Shown here: positions 28,014 through 38,615 of the stretch, piece by piece | Layout of the letters: every line of letters begins with the position of its first letter | How positions within the stretch are numbered: the stretch's first letter is position 1 | Source: Staphylococcus phage vB_SauM-UFV_DC4 | Sequence record: MZ779063.1 | Strand: one strand, 5' to 3' | Length of the DNA: 64,000 nucleotides | Made by a program: the position numbers and the translations under genes | The notes under the pieces: generated by a model | The model's database searches: none | Told to the model about the DNA's origin: nothing | The model's input: the letters and a program-made list of their open reading frames with translations, nothing else

Positions 28014-30557
28014 ATGGCTATAGAATTTAATGATTTTAATAGATTCAGTAAAGATGATTTAAGAAAATACAATCCTCTCTATTTTTATAAAGCATTTACT
28101 GAAGAAGATATAGAAAATTTAGATGATGTTATTAAATATTGTCAAGGTCTAATTATTAAAGATCAGTCAATGGCAGATAAATTAGAATCAAATGACTCAA
28201 TGATGGAATCTGATTTATATATAAGAGCTAAAGATGATACGCTCGATGATTACTATTCAGTTTTCGATAGAGATAGTATATTAAGAACGTATAAAGAAAA
28301 AAATCCATACTATGGTAAATTAAGAAATTTATATGATATTGATCCATACGATTCAAGAACGACTAGCGATTTTCAAATAATAAAAGCACTTAATAAAACT
28401 TTAGATAATAAAGAAGAATCTATATTATTGGAAAGTTATACAGAATCAGTTGAATATTTTAAAAAAGTAACTCATACTAGAGCGTTTAATAATCAAATAT
28501 ATTACAGAGAAATGTTTTATATGTATCTAATTAATGCAACTCTACATAGATATATTAATAAAACTATGTATAGAATATTCGATGTTGATAGATATACAAG
28601 GAGAGATCTTAAAAATGCATTTATATCTAATGGTTTGGATTACTTTGATGAGTTCCCACTTGAATATCAAAGAAGAACTTACAAAAGATTAAATGATTTA
28701 ATTAGAAATAAAGGCACTAATGAAATATTTCCTATAATTGAAGAAATATTCTCTATTAATTCTATTGATATTAATAAATATTATCTAGCTAAGCATCCGA
28801 ATGATTTGAAATTTTATAAAACTAATGTAAATGATAATTTCAATCCTTATAAAAATAACCAATATAGCTACAATGAAATTGTCGATCTTGATCCATATTG
28901 GAGAAATACTAAAGAAGAAGTTATGGATAAAGCATTTAACGTTATACAAACTAAATATTTGTCTACTGATGCTGTTATAGATATAATTAATAACAGTAAA
29001 TCTTTATCATTCTTATACAGTTTAATTAACTTAATGAAAGAAGATAAAAATATTATCGAAGATGACAGTTTCAATATGACTAATACAAGAATTAGTTCTA
29101 GAAAATTTAATGTCTTTGACGGAATTGTTACACTTAATACACTTGTCATAAATTATATTAAATGGAATGATAACATTAAGAATGATAAAAATATGAATAT
29201 ATATGCGTATAATTTTAATTCAGATATAAAAGATACTGTAGATGATATTCGTAATTATATTTATTCTAGACAATTTGATAAATCAGACTATACTGATTTT
29301 GCTAGAGAATTAAATTTCCTTAATATTAAGAAATTTAAAAATAGAAATACATTAAGCTATGAAGATATCATAAATGAATATGAATCATCTGACTTAGCTC
29401 AAAGACAATTTAAATTCATCTCTGAAATGTTAACTGGTGAAAATGGATCAACTCAATTAGAATATTATATTGAAAATGATTTAATTATTGATGGTATGCG
29501 TTATTTATGGACTCAGATATCAAAACCAGAAAGAAACTTCTTATTCAAAAATATTTCTTATTATGAAAACTTTATGAAGATATATAAGAAATTCTTAAAT
29601 GTAATGGTAAGAGATGGAAGAATTGATAGAGAAGACGTATATAAAATAATGATTGAAGACGAATCAATTGATAAAGAATTAAAAGATTTTGTTAAAGTTA
29701 TGAATGTTAGATTTTTAAATGAATCTTACGATAGATATAAAGACAATAAGAATGCTGAAAATATTGAAAATATAGTTACTGCAGTCAGAAAATCTATAGA
29801 CTATTCAATTAAGAATAATCAATATACTTCTAAAAAACAAATATCTAGATATCCTGCATTAAAATCATATATTTCAGATATATTAGTTTATGATGATTCT
29901 GATAAAGATTTAATAAATATTTATGATATTATTAATATGTATAAGCATAATGAAAAATTCCGTAAAGAACTAGAAGAATTAATATATAATGCGAATGATC
30001 CTCATTTAAGAGAAAAATTTATTACATTGCATAAACAACTATTTATCAATAATTCTAGTAATGATGTATTTAATGGATTTAAGACCTATTCAGATTATCT
30101 TAAATTTAAAGAACCTGATTTGTATTATTATACTATTGTAGAATCAGAAATATATGATGAAGATACATTTGATAGAGAAACTATCTTTAGAGAAAGAATT
30201 TTTGAATTAGTTAGTAGTATTGATAATCATTTAAATTTAAAAGAACAGTATTTCACTAATAGTAATTTTGTAGGTATAGTTAATTTTATCAGAGATTATA
30301 TTACTATTTTAATTACATTATTTAAATCTTATTCAACTGATTTAATTTATACTAGTCTATTATTTAAATTAGATGATAAATTTGAAAATAGTATACATTT
30401 AATAGACGAAGCCAATGTTAAATATAGTGGAACTTCTAAAAAAGTAGATAAAATCAATACACTTGACAATAAAAATATCATTGATAAAATTAATAGAAAA
30501 GAAAGTATTGAGACTAAAGATGAATTAAAAATCTCAATAATTAAGAAGGGAGATTAA
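28014..30557 (+). CDS. Large hypothetical structural protein (847 aa); possibly the portal or another head/baseplate component.
   Basis: Long ORF at the head of the + strand unit preceding the lysis and head genes; no motif recognised. Confidence 0.3.
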   Translation: MAIEFNDFNRFSKDDLRKYNPLYFYKAFTEEDIENLDDVIKYCQGLIIKDQSMADKLESNDSMMESDLYIRAKDDTLDDYYSVFDRDSILRTYKEKNPYYGKLRNLYDIDPYDSRTTSDFQIIKALNKTLDNKEESILLESYTESVEYFKKVTHTRAFNNQIYYREMFYMYLINATLHRYINKTMYRIFDVDRYTRRDLKNAFISNGLDYFDEFPLEYQRRTYKRLNDLIRNKGTNEIFPIIEEIFSINSIDINKYYLAKHPNDLKFYKTNVNDNFNPYKNNQYSYNEIVDLDPYWRNTKEEVMDKAFNVIQTKYLSTDAVIDIINNSKSLSFLYSLINLMKEDKNIIEDDSFNMTNTRISSRKFNVFDGIVTLNTLVINYIKWNDNIKNDKNMNIYAYNFNSDIKDTVDDIRNYIYSRQFDKSDYTDFARELNFLNIKKFKNRNTLSYEDIINEYESSDLAQRQFKFISEMLTGENGSTQLEYYIENDLIIDGMRYLWTQISKPERNFLFKNISYYENFMKIYKKFLNVMVRDGRIDREDVYKIMIEDESIDKELKDFVKVMNVRFLNESYDRYKDNKNAENIENIVTAVRKSIDYSIKNNQYTSKKQISRYPALKSYISDILVYDDSDKDLINIYDIINMYKHNEKFRKELEELIYNANDPHLREKFITLHKQLFINNSSNDVFNGFKTYSDYLKFKEPDLYYYTIVESEIYDEDTFDRETIFRERIFELVSSIDNHLNLKEQYFTNSNFVGIVNFIRDYITILITLFKSYSTDLIYTSLLFKLDDKFENSIHLIDEANVKYSGTSKKVDKINTLDNKNIIDKINRKESIETKDELKISIIKKGD

Positions 30558-30562
30558 AAAGC

Positions 30563-31399
30563 TTGTTTAATTTTGATAGATTTTCAAGAAGACTTGTTGA
30601 AAGTAACGCTATGGAACAAGAAAAAATAGATGAGATAAGCTCAAGAGTGGAAACAAGAGACTCTAACGCTATTAATATCAAATCAGATTTTAAAGAAGAT
30701 ATAGGAAATTACATTAAAGGTATTGTTAAATTTTCTAATCCTAGAACAGGTGAACTAATACATCAAGAAGAAAATTTAGTTTTAATGAGAACTCGTGTTT
30801 GGTTATTAGAAAAATTATTTGGTAAAGGTATACCTTCAAACTATAATGCAGATAGTACCCCTGATCGTACAATTTGTTTATTCTCGATTGGGTCAGGTGG
30901 AGCAGATGTTAACAATGCAGCTTTTTCTCCTTATACAGTTAAGTATTCGGATCAAAAATTAAATAGACCAATTCCATTTGTAGTAGAAAATCCAGATAAA
31001 GAAAATTCTGATTTAACTGCAAATAATCCTAGTATGATTGAAGAATTATCTGATGAACAGAGAAGAAAATATTATCTTCCTGAAGATAAACAAGATGGAA
31101 CTACTAGTTTCTATGGTAAACGTTTTACTAATGCGACTAAAGAAAATCCTCTTGGAGATTCAAAAGGATGGATTATTGATAATGAAGATGGTTCAGTAGC
31201 ATTTTCATTAAAAATGTCAGTAGAACCAGATGAAGCTAGAGGTTCTATCGTAAATGAATTAGGTTTATGGTTAGCTAAATATAATGAAACTGAAAATAAA
31301 TTTGATGGTACTGAATTAGCTACAAGACTTACATTTGATAGTCGTTCTTTAAAGAACTTATCAGATGGATTAGATATAGAATATATTATTTATATTTAA
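30563..31399 (+). CDS. Hypothetical protein (278 aa).
   Basis: ORF immediately after the 847-aa gene. Confidence 0.4.
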   Translation: MFNFDRFSRRLVESNAMEQEKIDEISSRVETRDSNAINIKSDFKEDIGNYIKGIVKFSNPRTGELIHQEENLVLMRTRVWLLEKLFGKGIPSNYNADSTPDRTICLFSIGSGGADVNNAAFSPYTVKYSDQKLNRPIPFVVENPDKENSDLTANNPSMIEELSDEQRRKYYLPEDKQDGTTSFYGKRFTNATKENPLGDSKGWIIDNEDGSVAFSLKMSVEPDEARGSIVNELGLWLAKYNETENKFDGTELATRLTFDSRSLKNLSDGLDIEYIIYI

Positions 31400-31407
31400 T
31401 AAAATAA

Positions 31408-31436
31408 CCACAACGATAAATTAATATCGTTGTGGT
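31408..31436. terminator. Bidirectional terminator hairpin (ccacaacgata / tatcgttgtgg).
   Basis: 11-bp inverted repeat followed by a T-run. Confidence 0.6.
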
Positions 31437-31440
31437 ATAT

Positions 31441-31659
31441 TTATTTTTTATCTTGTTCTTTTATCTCTTCTAATAGGATTTCATTAAAAGTAGATAACTT
31501 ATCTATTACTTTTCTTTGATTTCTATTTTCTTTTTCTATCATATTAATTCTTATAGATATATCTTCCAAATTCTTAAGGATTAATTTAGTTCTTACAATT
31601 AATGGTAGACTTATCAATAAGAAATATATTAAGAGGCAAAGGATAACAAGCTGTATCAA
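31441..31659 (-). CDS. Small single-TM protein (72 aa); holin-like candidate.
   Basis: N-terminal LVILCLLIYFLLISLPLIV followed by a charged C-terminus. Confidence 0.35.
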   Translation of the reverse strand: MIQLVILCLLIYFLLISLPLIVRTKLILKNLEDISIRINMIEKENRNQRKVIDKLSTFNEILLEEIKEQDKK

Positions 31660-31728
31660 TAGCGGTTTCCTCCAGTACTTACATTATAGAAAAAATTTTA
31701 TAGAAAAGGGAGCGTTGATGAAAATACT

Positions 31729-32397
31729 ATGAATTATAAAGAATCGTTTAAAGAATTTGACTTCAGCAGAGACTTTGAAGCTGTAGTCATAGATAACTCA
31801 GATTTTGATACAAAATATGAAGTTAAGCTATTTGTTTTTGAACTAATAATGACCACCTTGCAAGATTCCCCAAGAAATATCAAAAGAAATCTATATGCAT
31901 CAAATATTATTAATATAGAAGATTTAGATATATCTGAGAATATTGATATTGGAAATTATTTAGTCTGTCAACCGTTGATGAATAATGATCTTGATAAACC
32001 TTTAAGAAAACCTGAATTATATGACAGAGTTTTACTTAAATTCCATAATGCAAATCCTAAATTCCCATATTATTACGATATGCATCTTCCAAGAAAATAT
32101 AAACCTGAAGAACCTCATATTCCTAATAGAAGACAAATCAAAGGAAATTATTATAGATTGCTTATGTATAGAGAAGAAAACATGACAGGAAATGACGTTA
32201 ATGTAGTAGGAATAACACTGCATGGTCTAGGATATTCTGTCAATAAATATGATAGTAAAAACTATATATTCGATAGAACTATGTTAGAATCATTATTACA
32301 GTTCCAAAAAGATAATAACCTTAAACAAGATGGAGACGTTGGCCCAATTACATTTAACAAATTAATAGAAAAATACAATGCAATTAGCTATTGTTAG
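31729..32397 (+). CDS. Cell-wall-binding protein with a C-terminal PG_binding_1 peptidoglycan-binding domain; probable lysin component.
   Basis: The C-terminal GNDVNVVGITLHGLGYSV...MLESLLQFQKDNNLKQDGDVGPITFNKL matches the PG_binding_1 consensus. Confidence 0.5.
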   Translation: MNYKESFKEFDFSRDFEAVVIDNSDFDTKYEVKLFVFELIMTTLQDSPRNIKRNLYASNIINIEDLDISENIDIGNYLVCQPLMNNDLDKPLRKPELYDRVLLKFHNANPKFPYYYDMHLPRKYKPEEPHIPNRRQIKGNYYRLLMYREENMTGNDVNVVGITLHGLGYSVNKYDSKNYIFDRTMLESLLQFQKDNNLKQDGDVGPITFNKLIEKYNAISYC

Positions 32398-32414
32398 AAA
32401 TGAGGAATTAAAAA

Positions 32415-32999
32415 ATGTATTATGAAATTAAACAAGATAGACGAAGAAGAAGTAGTACTTTTCAAACACATATAATAATTACTCATATGAATAATTTAAT
32501 ACTTAAGGAAAACAAATTTAGTGATAGAGATTTACTTAAAGGATCTTATAAATATTCTTGGGGTAAAGTTCAGAATTATCTAATTAGACATGCTAATATT
32601 AGAGCATTACCTATGCATTATTATGTAGAATTAATAGATAAAGATTACGCTGTTATGGAAGGATTATCTGATTATAAACCTAGCTACTACCTTCAAGAAT
32701 TAGCAGATAAAGGAATTATACCTCAGAAATATAAAAATAGTATTTTAATAGCTGTAGCTGATGATTTTAATTTATATAATCCTGATGTACGTATGTTTAA
32801 ACATCTAGCAGATAAATTATTAGTACCTTTATGTAAAAGACATCGATTAAGTTTTCATGAGATAAAATTATTAGATGAAATTTATAGAGATGACTATCTT
32901 GATCATCTTGATGAAAATCGTTTTGAAACTAAATCTATGAATAGATTTGATAAACAGAGATTAAAAAATCAATTTAATATCTATAATGTAATGAAATAA
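32415..32999 (+). CDS. Putative N-acetylmuramoyl-L-alanine amidase (amidase_2/PGRP-like); endolysin candidate.
   Basis: MHYYVELIDKDYAVMEG resembles the amidase_2 block aYHyvIdrdGtiyq; NSILIAVADDFN resembles the NsrSIGIE block. It is adjacent to the PG-binding gene. Confidence 0.4.
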   Translation: MYYEIKQDRRRRSSTFQTHIIITHMNNLILKENKFSDRDLLKGSYKYSWGKVQNYLIRHANIRALPMHYYVELIDKDYAVMEGLSDYKPSYYLQELADKGIIPQKYKNSILIAVADDFNLYNPDVRMFKHLADKLLVPLCKRHRLSFHEIKLLDEIYRDDYLDHLDENRFETKSMNRFDKQRLKNQFNIYNVMK

Positions 33000-33337
33000 A
33001 ATTTATTTATATTTTGTTACTAACAATATAAATATAGAAATTTAGATTTCTATATTGTTTTACCTTTTGTTTTGTCTTATGTTTGTGCTCTGATTTCAAA
33101 GTCATTTTGCTCTTAACTTCGTATAGTATAAAACTTTGCTATTTATAATTTTTTTAGCTAAGTTAATAAAGCTTATAAGCTTTATTGGACAAACTGCCAT
33201 GTCAAATTTATAAATAACTTACAATATATTAGCGTATTAAGTTTTTATAATAAAAAAATTATTGCTTTCGCTTAATGATTAAATTTCTATTTTAATCTTT
33301 ATTTATGATTTACTCCTTATATAAATAAAAAATAAAT

Positions 33338-33367
33338 CCCCAATACCATAGAAAAATGGTATTGGGG
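33338..33367. terminator. Bidirectional terminator (ccccaataccat / atggtattgggg) in a 375-bp convergent intergenic region.
   Basis: 12-bp inverted repeat flanked by A/T runs. Confidence 0.6.
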
Positions 33368-33374
33368 TATTTTA

Positions 33375-34088
33375 TTAACCGAAATATAATTTCTTTCTGT
33401 TACTATTAAATATAGAATAATTTTCCATCTTTTCTACTAACTCTCTACGTTTATCTCTTGCTTCACGTAAATCATCCATATTAAGATTTAATTCTCCAAA
33501 AGTAGTTTGTAAGTTCTGGAATCTACTTCTCATAGCATATAGTGATATTTGAACATCATAAGAAGCTAATTCTAAGAAATAGTCATGCATATTATTTGGT
33601 ACAGAACCAAAATGTTTATCATGATAAGTATTCAGAACTATTAGTAAATTAACAGAACCAATTACAGCAGAACTTAATATTTCTATTTTATTAGGATGAT
33701 GGTATCTAAAAGTAGATGGTGATAAATTAATTGCCATTAAATCAGACATCATTTGACTATCTATAGGATTTCCCATAGCAAATCCTGCATAAGGACTCAT
33801 ATTACCTGCATATCCAGTTAAATTAGTAACAGGATTATTAGCTCCAATTACTCTATTAATATTAACTATAGGATTCTCAGAATCTATATAGAACATATTA
33901 GTAGTTCCTTCTACTTTATCTTCTGGTTTTATAATTACTCTTTCTTGCTTAGGATGAAATTTACTAAATGTAGGAATAGTGAATCTTTCTACTGTTTTAA
34001 TAATTTCATCAGGTTTTAATTCTAAATCAGTGAACATGAAACCTACATCACGTTCAATATAGTTAAGTATTTCTGTATTGGTTAACAT
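33375..34088 (-). CDS. Hypothetical protein (237 aa).
   Basis: ORF downstream of the protease-like gene. Confidence 0.4.
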   Translation of the reverse strand: MLTNTEILNYIERDVGFMFTDLELKPDEIIKTVERFTIPTFSKFHPKQERVIIKPEDKVEGTTNMFYIDSENPIVNINRVIGANNPVTNLTGYAGNMSPYAGFAMGNPIDSQMMSDLMAINLSPSTFRYHHPNKIEILSSAVIGSVNLLIVLNTYHDKHFGSVPNNMHDYFLELASYDVQISLYAMRSRFQNLQTTFGELNLNMDDLREARDKRRELVEKMENYSIFNSNRKKLYFG

Positions 34089-34112
34089 AACCTTTAATCA
34101 CATCCATACACA

Positions 34113-34955
34113 TTATTTAAAGTTTCTATAGAAATCATCAAGTCCATTAAGAACAGATTCTTCTAAGAACACTTTGATAGTTTTATTACTTTCTCTAATT
34201 GAAGCTAATTGAGAACCTTTATCATAACTGATATTAGATTCATCAACTCCAGCAAATCCCATATCTTCTGCAATGTATTTCACATTATCTGAATTTTCTT
34301 TAATATAAGTTAAAACTTCTCTAGGAGAGAATTCAGTAATTTTACCATTAGCAAACATATCAATTGATTCATTTACCATTTGTAAATCATTAGGATTATA
34401 GTTATTATGACCTTCTGAAATAATATTTTGAATATAAGAATCTTGATGAGATGGAATTACTACCCAATCATAGCAAATTAATCTTAAAGGCTTAGTAACT
34501 TCAACTTCACCAGAAGGAGTTCTATTAATTTTACTGAAACCACGCATTGAGAAAGATACGTCAGATTTTTGTCTAATTAAACCTTTCATATCTTTACCAG
34601 CTGCTGTTTGAGCTGTTTCTACTTCTCCCATTAATTTATTACCATTCCACCAAGTTCTAGTAACAATATGAGAAATATTGCGTTGATCAATATACATTTG
34701 ACGTTTAGGTTCATCACTTAAGGGATGTCCTGATTCCCCGTAAAAAGTTCTTCTTGCTAATTTTTCTTGTATTACTGGACTATCTAAACCACTTTGAATA
34801 ACATCTTTACGATAAACACGACCATTACGGTTTTGTCTATCCGCTTCTTGTAACTCAGCAATGAATCTAACCGATTTATTATTATCTTGAACTACTTCTG
34901 GTTGAGAAGTTGTATTAGATTCATTAATAAGATAAGCTTTTATATCTTTAGACAT
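34113..34955 (-). CDS. Putative prohead maturation protease (HK97/S78-like).
   Basis: Three S78-like blocks were seen: VRFIAELQEADRQNRNGRVYRKDV, GESGHP and DVSFSMRGFS. The last resembles the gmSfGF block. Confidence 0.35.
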   Translation of the reverse strand: MSKDIKAYLINESNTTSQPEVVQDNNKSVRFIAELQEADRQNRNGRVYRKDVIQSGLDSPVIQEKLARRTFYGESGHPLSDEPKRQMYIDQRNISHIVTRTWWNGNKLMGEVETAQTAAGKDMKGLIRQKSDVSFSMRGFSKINRTPSGEVEVTKPLRLICYDWVVIPSHQDSYIQNIISEGHNNYNPNDLQMVNESIDMFANGKITEFSPREVLTYIKENSDNVKYIAEDMGFAGVDESNISYDKGSQLASIRESNKTIKVFLEESVLNGLDDFYRNFK

Positions 34956-35055
34956 TTATTTAACTTCCTTTCACATATTAAATTTAGAATATTTAAATGT
35001 TTGATAAGCAATTTTAACAATAGAATATTAACCTTAATGAAAATATGAATAGGAT

Positions 35056-36075
35056 GTGAAATACTTGAAGAATTTCAATGAAGTAGAAAGTGAATTAAAA
35101 TATTTCATAGAACAAACAGATAACGATTCTTTTCCTGTTGATTTATATGATAAATTGATTGATATTGAAAAGTATGCAGATGTAGATTCTTTTACAAGTG
35201 ATCAAGTTAGGAAATCGGTTAAATATCTTGTTGCTTTAAAAGATTCACTAGAAAGATTTGAAATTGAAAATGAACAGTCTGAAATGGCAGTTAATATGGT
35301 TCTTCATAAAATAGAATTTTTAAAAGATAAGTATAATACTCTTTATATTAATAAACGTGTTCCAAATAATGGTTACATAGATAATTTATATAAAGAAGAT
35401 TTCAGTTCTAATATTAATACAGAATTTAATTTTAAACAATTAACTGTAGCATTAGCTGAAAGTCCTGCTGATTCTAAACTAGAAAGAAAAGCTGTTATTA
35501 ATTTCTTAATGGAAGGTAATATGAATTATCTCAATGAAGCTTATGACGATGATGATGACGAAGATTATCTTGATGGTCTTGATAGTAGTTTTGAAACTTC
35601 TAAAGAACCTAAAGTTGCTGAAAAGAATTTAAATAGATTAATTGGTTCTGTTAAAAAAGCAACCGCTTCTTCTAAAAATATGAATGATAAACAATTAGCT
35701 AAAGCTAACCGTATTAGATTTGTAAGAGCTTTATTAACTGGAATTTTATTCTGTATTGGTTTAAAAATTAGTTCAGCAGCTATTGGTAAAGCTAAAACAG
35801 CTTTAATAGGGTTATTGACTGTAATTGTTTATAATGCAAGTAAAGGTAATGAACTTAATAGACTTATCATTGTATTAGAAGAAAGAATCCAAACTTTAGA
35901 GAATAGAATTGATTCGACTGATGATGGAGAAAAGAGAAAAGAATTAAGAATATTAAAATCAGATTTAGAAGGTCAACTTAAGAAAGCTAATTTCCAAAAG
36001 AAATCTATTGAGAAAACTAAAAATGCGATTTCTCGTGGAGATGTAAACGATAGTGGGTCAGCGTATGACTATTAA
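35056..36075 (+). CDS. Scaffold-like protein with a coiled coil, a central TM-like segment and an acidic stretch. The start is uncertain: GTG at 35056 or TTG at 35065.
   Basis: ORF divergent from the protease gene. Confidence 0.4.
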   Translation: MKYLKNFNEVESELKYFIEQTDNDSFPVDLYDKLIDIEKYADVDSFTSDQVRKSVKYLVALKDSLERFEIENEQSEMAVNMVLHKIEFLKDKYNTLYINKRVPNNGYIDNLYKEDFSSNINTEFNFKQLTVALAESPADSKLERKAVINFLMEGNMNYLNEAYDDDDDEDYLDGLDSSFETSKEPKVAEKNLNRLIGSVKKATASSKNMNDKQLAKANRIRFVRALLTGILFCIGLKISSAAIGKAKTALIGLLTVIVYNASKGNELNRLIIVLEERIQTLENRIDSTDDGEKRKELRILKSDLEGQLKKANFQKKSIEKTKNAISRGDVNDSGSAYDY

Positions 36076-36739
36076 TAATAGAGATCTTTTATCTGAATCA
36101 ATTAAAAAATTATTAAATGGTAATAATATTCTTAATGAAGCTGAAGATGATGAAACTAATAATGATTCTTCAGATACTAATACAGATGATACAAGTTCGG
36201 AAGATACTACTAATGATAATGAAGAATCTTCAGAAGAAAATTCAGAAACAGAAGAAGATAATCAAGATGATAATAATGAAGATGATTCTAGTGCAGATGA
36301 CTCTGAAAGTGATTCAGGATTAGATGATGGTTCAGAAGAGAATTCAGATGAAGACAATCCTTTAGACGATCAATCTGAAGAAGAAAATAATGAGCCTAAA
36401 GAAACTAATTCAGATAAATATCTAAAATTACAAATATTTAATAAATTAAATGATTTAATAGATGTTTCATTAAAATTTAAAGATATTGTAAATGAAAAGA
36501 ATATGGAATCATTTGATAAAAATGAAAAAGAAAAAATGAGTGAGATTACTGTCCAAACTTCAAATAACTTAGACAGTTTAATTGATAGTATTAATTTATT
36601 TAACAATAAATTTATAAATAATATTGATGCTGATAAATGTCAAAAACTTTATACGAAGTTTGAAAGTACTTATGAAGAGATCTTCAATATTTATTTAAAA
36701 GAATACAATAAATTGAATAAAGACAAAAAAAGCAAATAG
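36053..36739 (+). CDS. Highly acidic Ser/Asp/Glu/Asn-rich protein immediately upstream of the major capsid gene; scaffolding-protein candidate.
   Basis: Low-complexity acidic N-terminal half and a helical C-terminal half; its position is upstream of the MCP. Confidence 0.45.
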   Translation: MGQRMTINNRDLLSESIKKLLNGNNILNEAEDDETNNDSSDTNTDDTSSEDTTNDNEESSEENSETEEDNQDDNNEDDSSADDSESDSGLDDGSEENSDEDNPLDDQSEEENNEPKETNSDKYLKLQIFNKLNDLIDVSLKFKDIVNEKNMESFDKNEKEKMSEITVQTSNNLDSLIDSINLFNNKFINNIDADKCQKLYTKFESTYEEIFNIYLKEYNKLNKDKKSK

Positions 36740-36917
36740 TTTTATATTTCAAATTTTATTCCGTTTTATTAATATTTATAAAATTAATAACATTAACATA
36801 TGAAAAGAAATATTTCATTACAAATAATGATTATTTTTTATAAACAAATTTATATAATAAAATTAATAAATATAAACTACACGCTAATATATTTAAGAAA
36901 AGGAGCAGAAAAAATTT

Positions 36918-38522
36918 ATGTTAAACCCAAACAGAATTAAAGATGAATTTTCGGTTCGTTTAGAAGATATCGAAAACTCTATTAATGAATCATATAACCT
37001 TAGTACTATCGGCGGAGATTTCGCTGCTATTGCTACTGACGATGCAGTATTTGAAAGCTATAAAGATCAATTATTAGAAGGTTTTGACGCTGCTGAAGGA
37101 GAAGCTTTAGCTGGAATGTTAGATAATACTCGTGAAGAAATCTTAATGGAATCTTCAATGGGGCCTATCCAACCTTACGCTTCACTTTCTATGCCTATTT
37201 TAGTTAAACTTTGGGCTCGTTTAGCTTTAACTGAAGCTTTACCAACTCAAGTTGCTAACAAACCAAACTTTACAGTTCCAATCTTAACTCCATATGTTGT
37301 GGATGCAGATGGTAACAAACATGCTTTACCAGAATCAATTAATAACACACCTGAAACTTTAGTTGGATTAGTTCAAATTAAAGAAGATATCGCAGTTGAA
37401 GGTGGAAAAATTACTGATTACGATTTATTTAATGGATTAAAAGAAGGTAAAGAAGTTCGTAAAGGTATTGACCGTTTAGACCGTAAATTCAAAATCGTTG
37501 AAGCTAAATGGAGTGATTCATTCGATGAACGTACTTCAGCTGCAGGATTCGTTGAATTAGGTTCTAATGTAGTTAAATTACAAGACAATGATACATTAGT
37601 AGGACAAATTAAATATCCTACAAATGGTGATGGTGAAGTTGAAACTGACACTGTCTTAGGTAAAGTAGATGTTTCTACAGGTGAACTTACTTTGACTTCA
37701 GCTTCAGGTAAATTAACTGATGTTAAAGTTAAAGGTTATGTAGCTTCTGAACAACATACTTCAGCTACAAACGTTGAACTTGGTTTAACTCGTAAAGACG
37801 TTGTTATTGATACAGCTCAACACATCGAAGCTACAGTACCTCTTGAAGTAATTCAAGATATGAAAGCTACTTATGATATCGATGGAGTTGCTCGTTTATC
37901 AGAAACTATGTCTCAATTATCTAGTCAAAAAGTTGACTTAGACATTATTGAATTCTTAGATCACGAATATAAAGAAACTGATGCTAAATATCACTTCAGC
38001 TTCGATGTATTCCCACATAGTGATTACAGTGCTCATCCTAAAGATTGGTTAGAAGGTCTACGTGAAGTAATTGACCACACTACTCAATCAATGAAAAACG
38101 ATTACAAATTATATGACGTTCAATTCGTTATCGTTGGTAACCCATTAGACGTTCGTTTAATCCCTAACGTTTCTTGGACTTTCAATGGTGGAGACCGTAA
38201 CGCTGATGCTTATTCTAACGGAATCAAAATTAACTATTCATTAGGTGCTGCTTCAGGTACTGCTAACTACCGTATTATCGGTTCTGACTTAGTACGTCAA
38301 GGTGAATTAACTATTATTGCTATTCCTCAACAAGATAACTATAAAACATTCATGTTCTACCCTTACACATTCAATGTTGTAAATGGTGGAGGTTACCTAA
38401 ATACTCGTAACCCTAATGTTCCTAACATGATGATGACTCGTAGATATACAGTTGAATCATTTGTTCCGATCATTGGACGTATTACAATCAAAAACAACAA
38501 CGGTTCAGTATACGCTCGATAA
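36918..38522 (+). CDS. Major capsid protein (534 aa).
   Basis: Strong RBS aaaggagc. Local GC is visibly higher and Arg is encoded by CGT rather than AGA, which is highly-expressed-gene codon bias. It sits between a scaffold-like gene and the terminase. Confidence 0.6.
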   Translation: MLNPNRIKDEFSVRLEDIENSINESYNLSTIGGDFAAIATDDAVFESYKDQLLEGFDAAEGEALAGMLDNTREEILMESSMGPIQPYASLSMPILVKLWARLALTEALPTQVANKPNFTVPILTPYVVDADGNKHALPESINNTPETLVGLVQIKEDIAVEGGKITDYDLFNGLKEGKEVRKGIDRLDRKFKIVEAKWSDSFDERTSAAGFVELGSNVVKLQDNDTLVGQIKYPTNGDGEVETDTVLGKVDVSTGELTLTSASGKLTDVKVKGYVASEQHTSATNVELGLTRKDVVIDTAQHIEATVPLEVIQDMKATYDIDGVARLSETMSQLSSQKVDLDIIEFLDHEYKETDAKYHFSFDVFPHSDYSAHPKDWLEGLREVIDHTTQSMKNDYKLYDVQFVIVGNPLDVRLIPNVSWTFNGGDRNADAYSNGIKINYSLGAASGTANYRIIGSDLVRQGELTIIAIPQQDNYKTFMFYPYTFNVVNGGGYLNTRNPNVPNMMMTRRYTVESFVPIIGRITIKNNNGSVYAR

Positions 38523-38553
38523 GAGTAGTACTTTATCATTGCTATTTATATTA

Positions 38554-38580
38554 CCCATACATCTCTCTGAGGTGTATGGG
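38554..38580 (+). terminator. Terminator hairpin (cccataca / tgtatggg) plus a T-run after the capsid gene.
   Basis: Inverted repeat followed by tttattttat. Confidence 0.5.
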
Positions 38581-38615
38581 TTTATTTTATATCAAAAAGG
38601 AGAATATAATTCATT

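Noticed and set aside
27851-28072. 73-aa hydrophobic minus-strand ORF in the AT-rich control region
   Set aside because: It overlaps the start of the 847-aa gene and the promoter region. It has AT-rich nonsense composition and no RBS.
35054-35056. ATG at 35054 as the start of the scaffold-like gene
   Set aside because: It is followed immediately by a stop. The in-frame GTG at 35056 or TTG at 35065 are the plausible starts.
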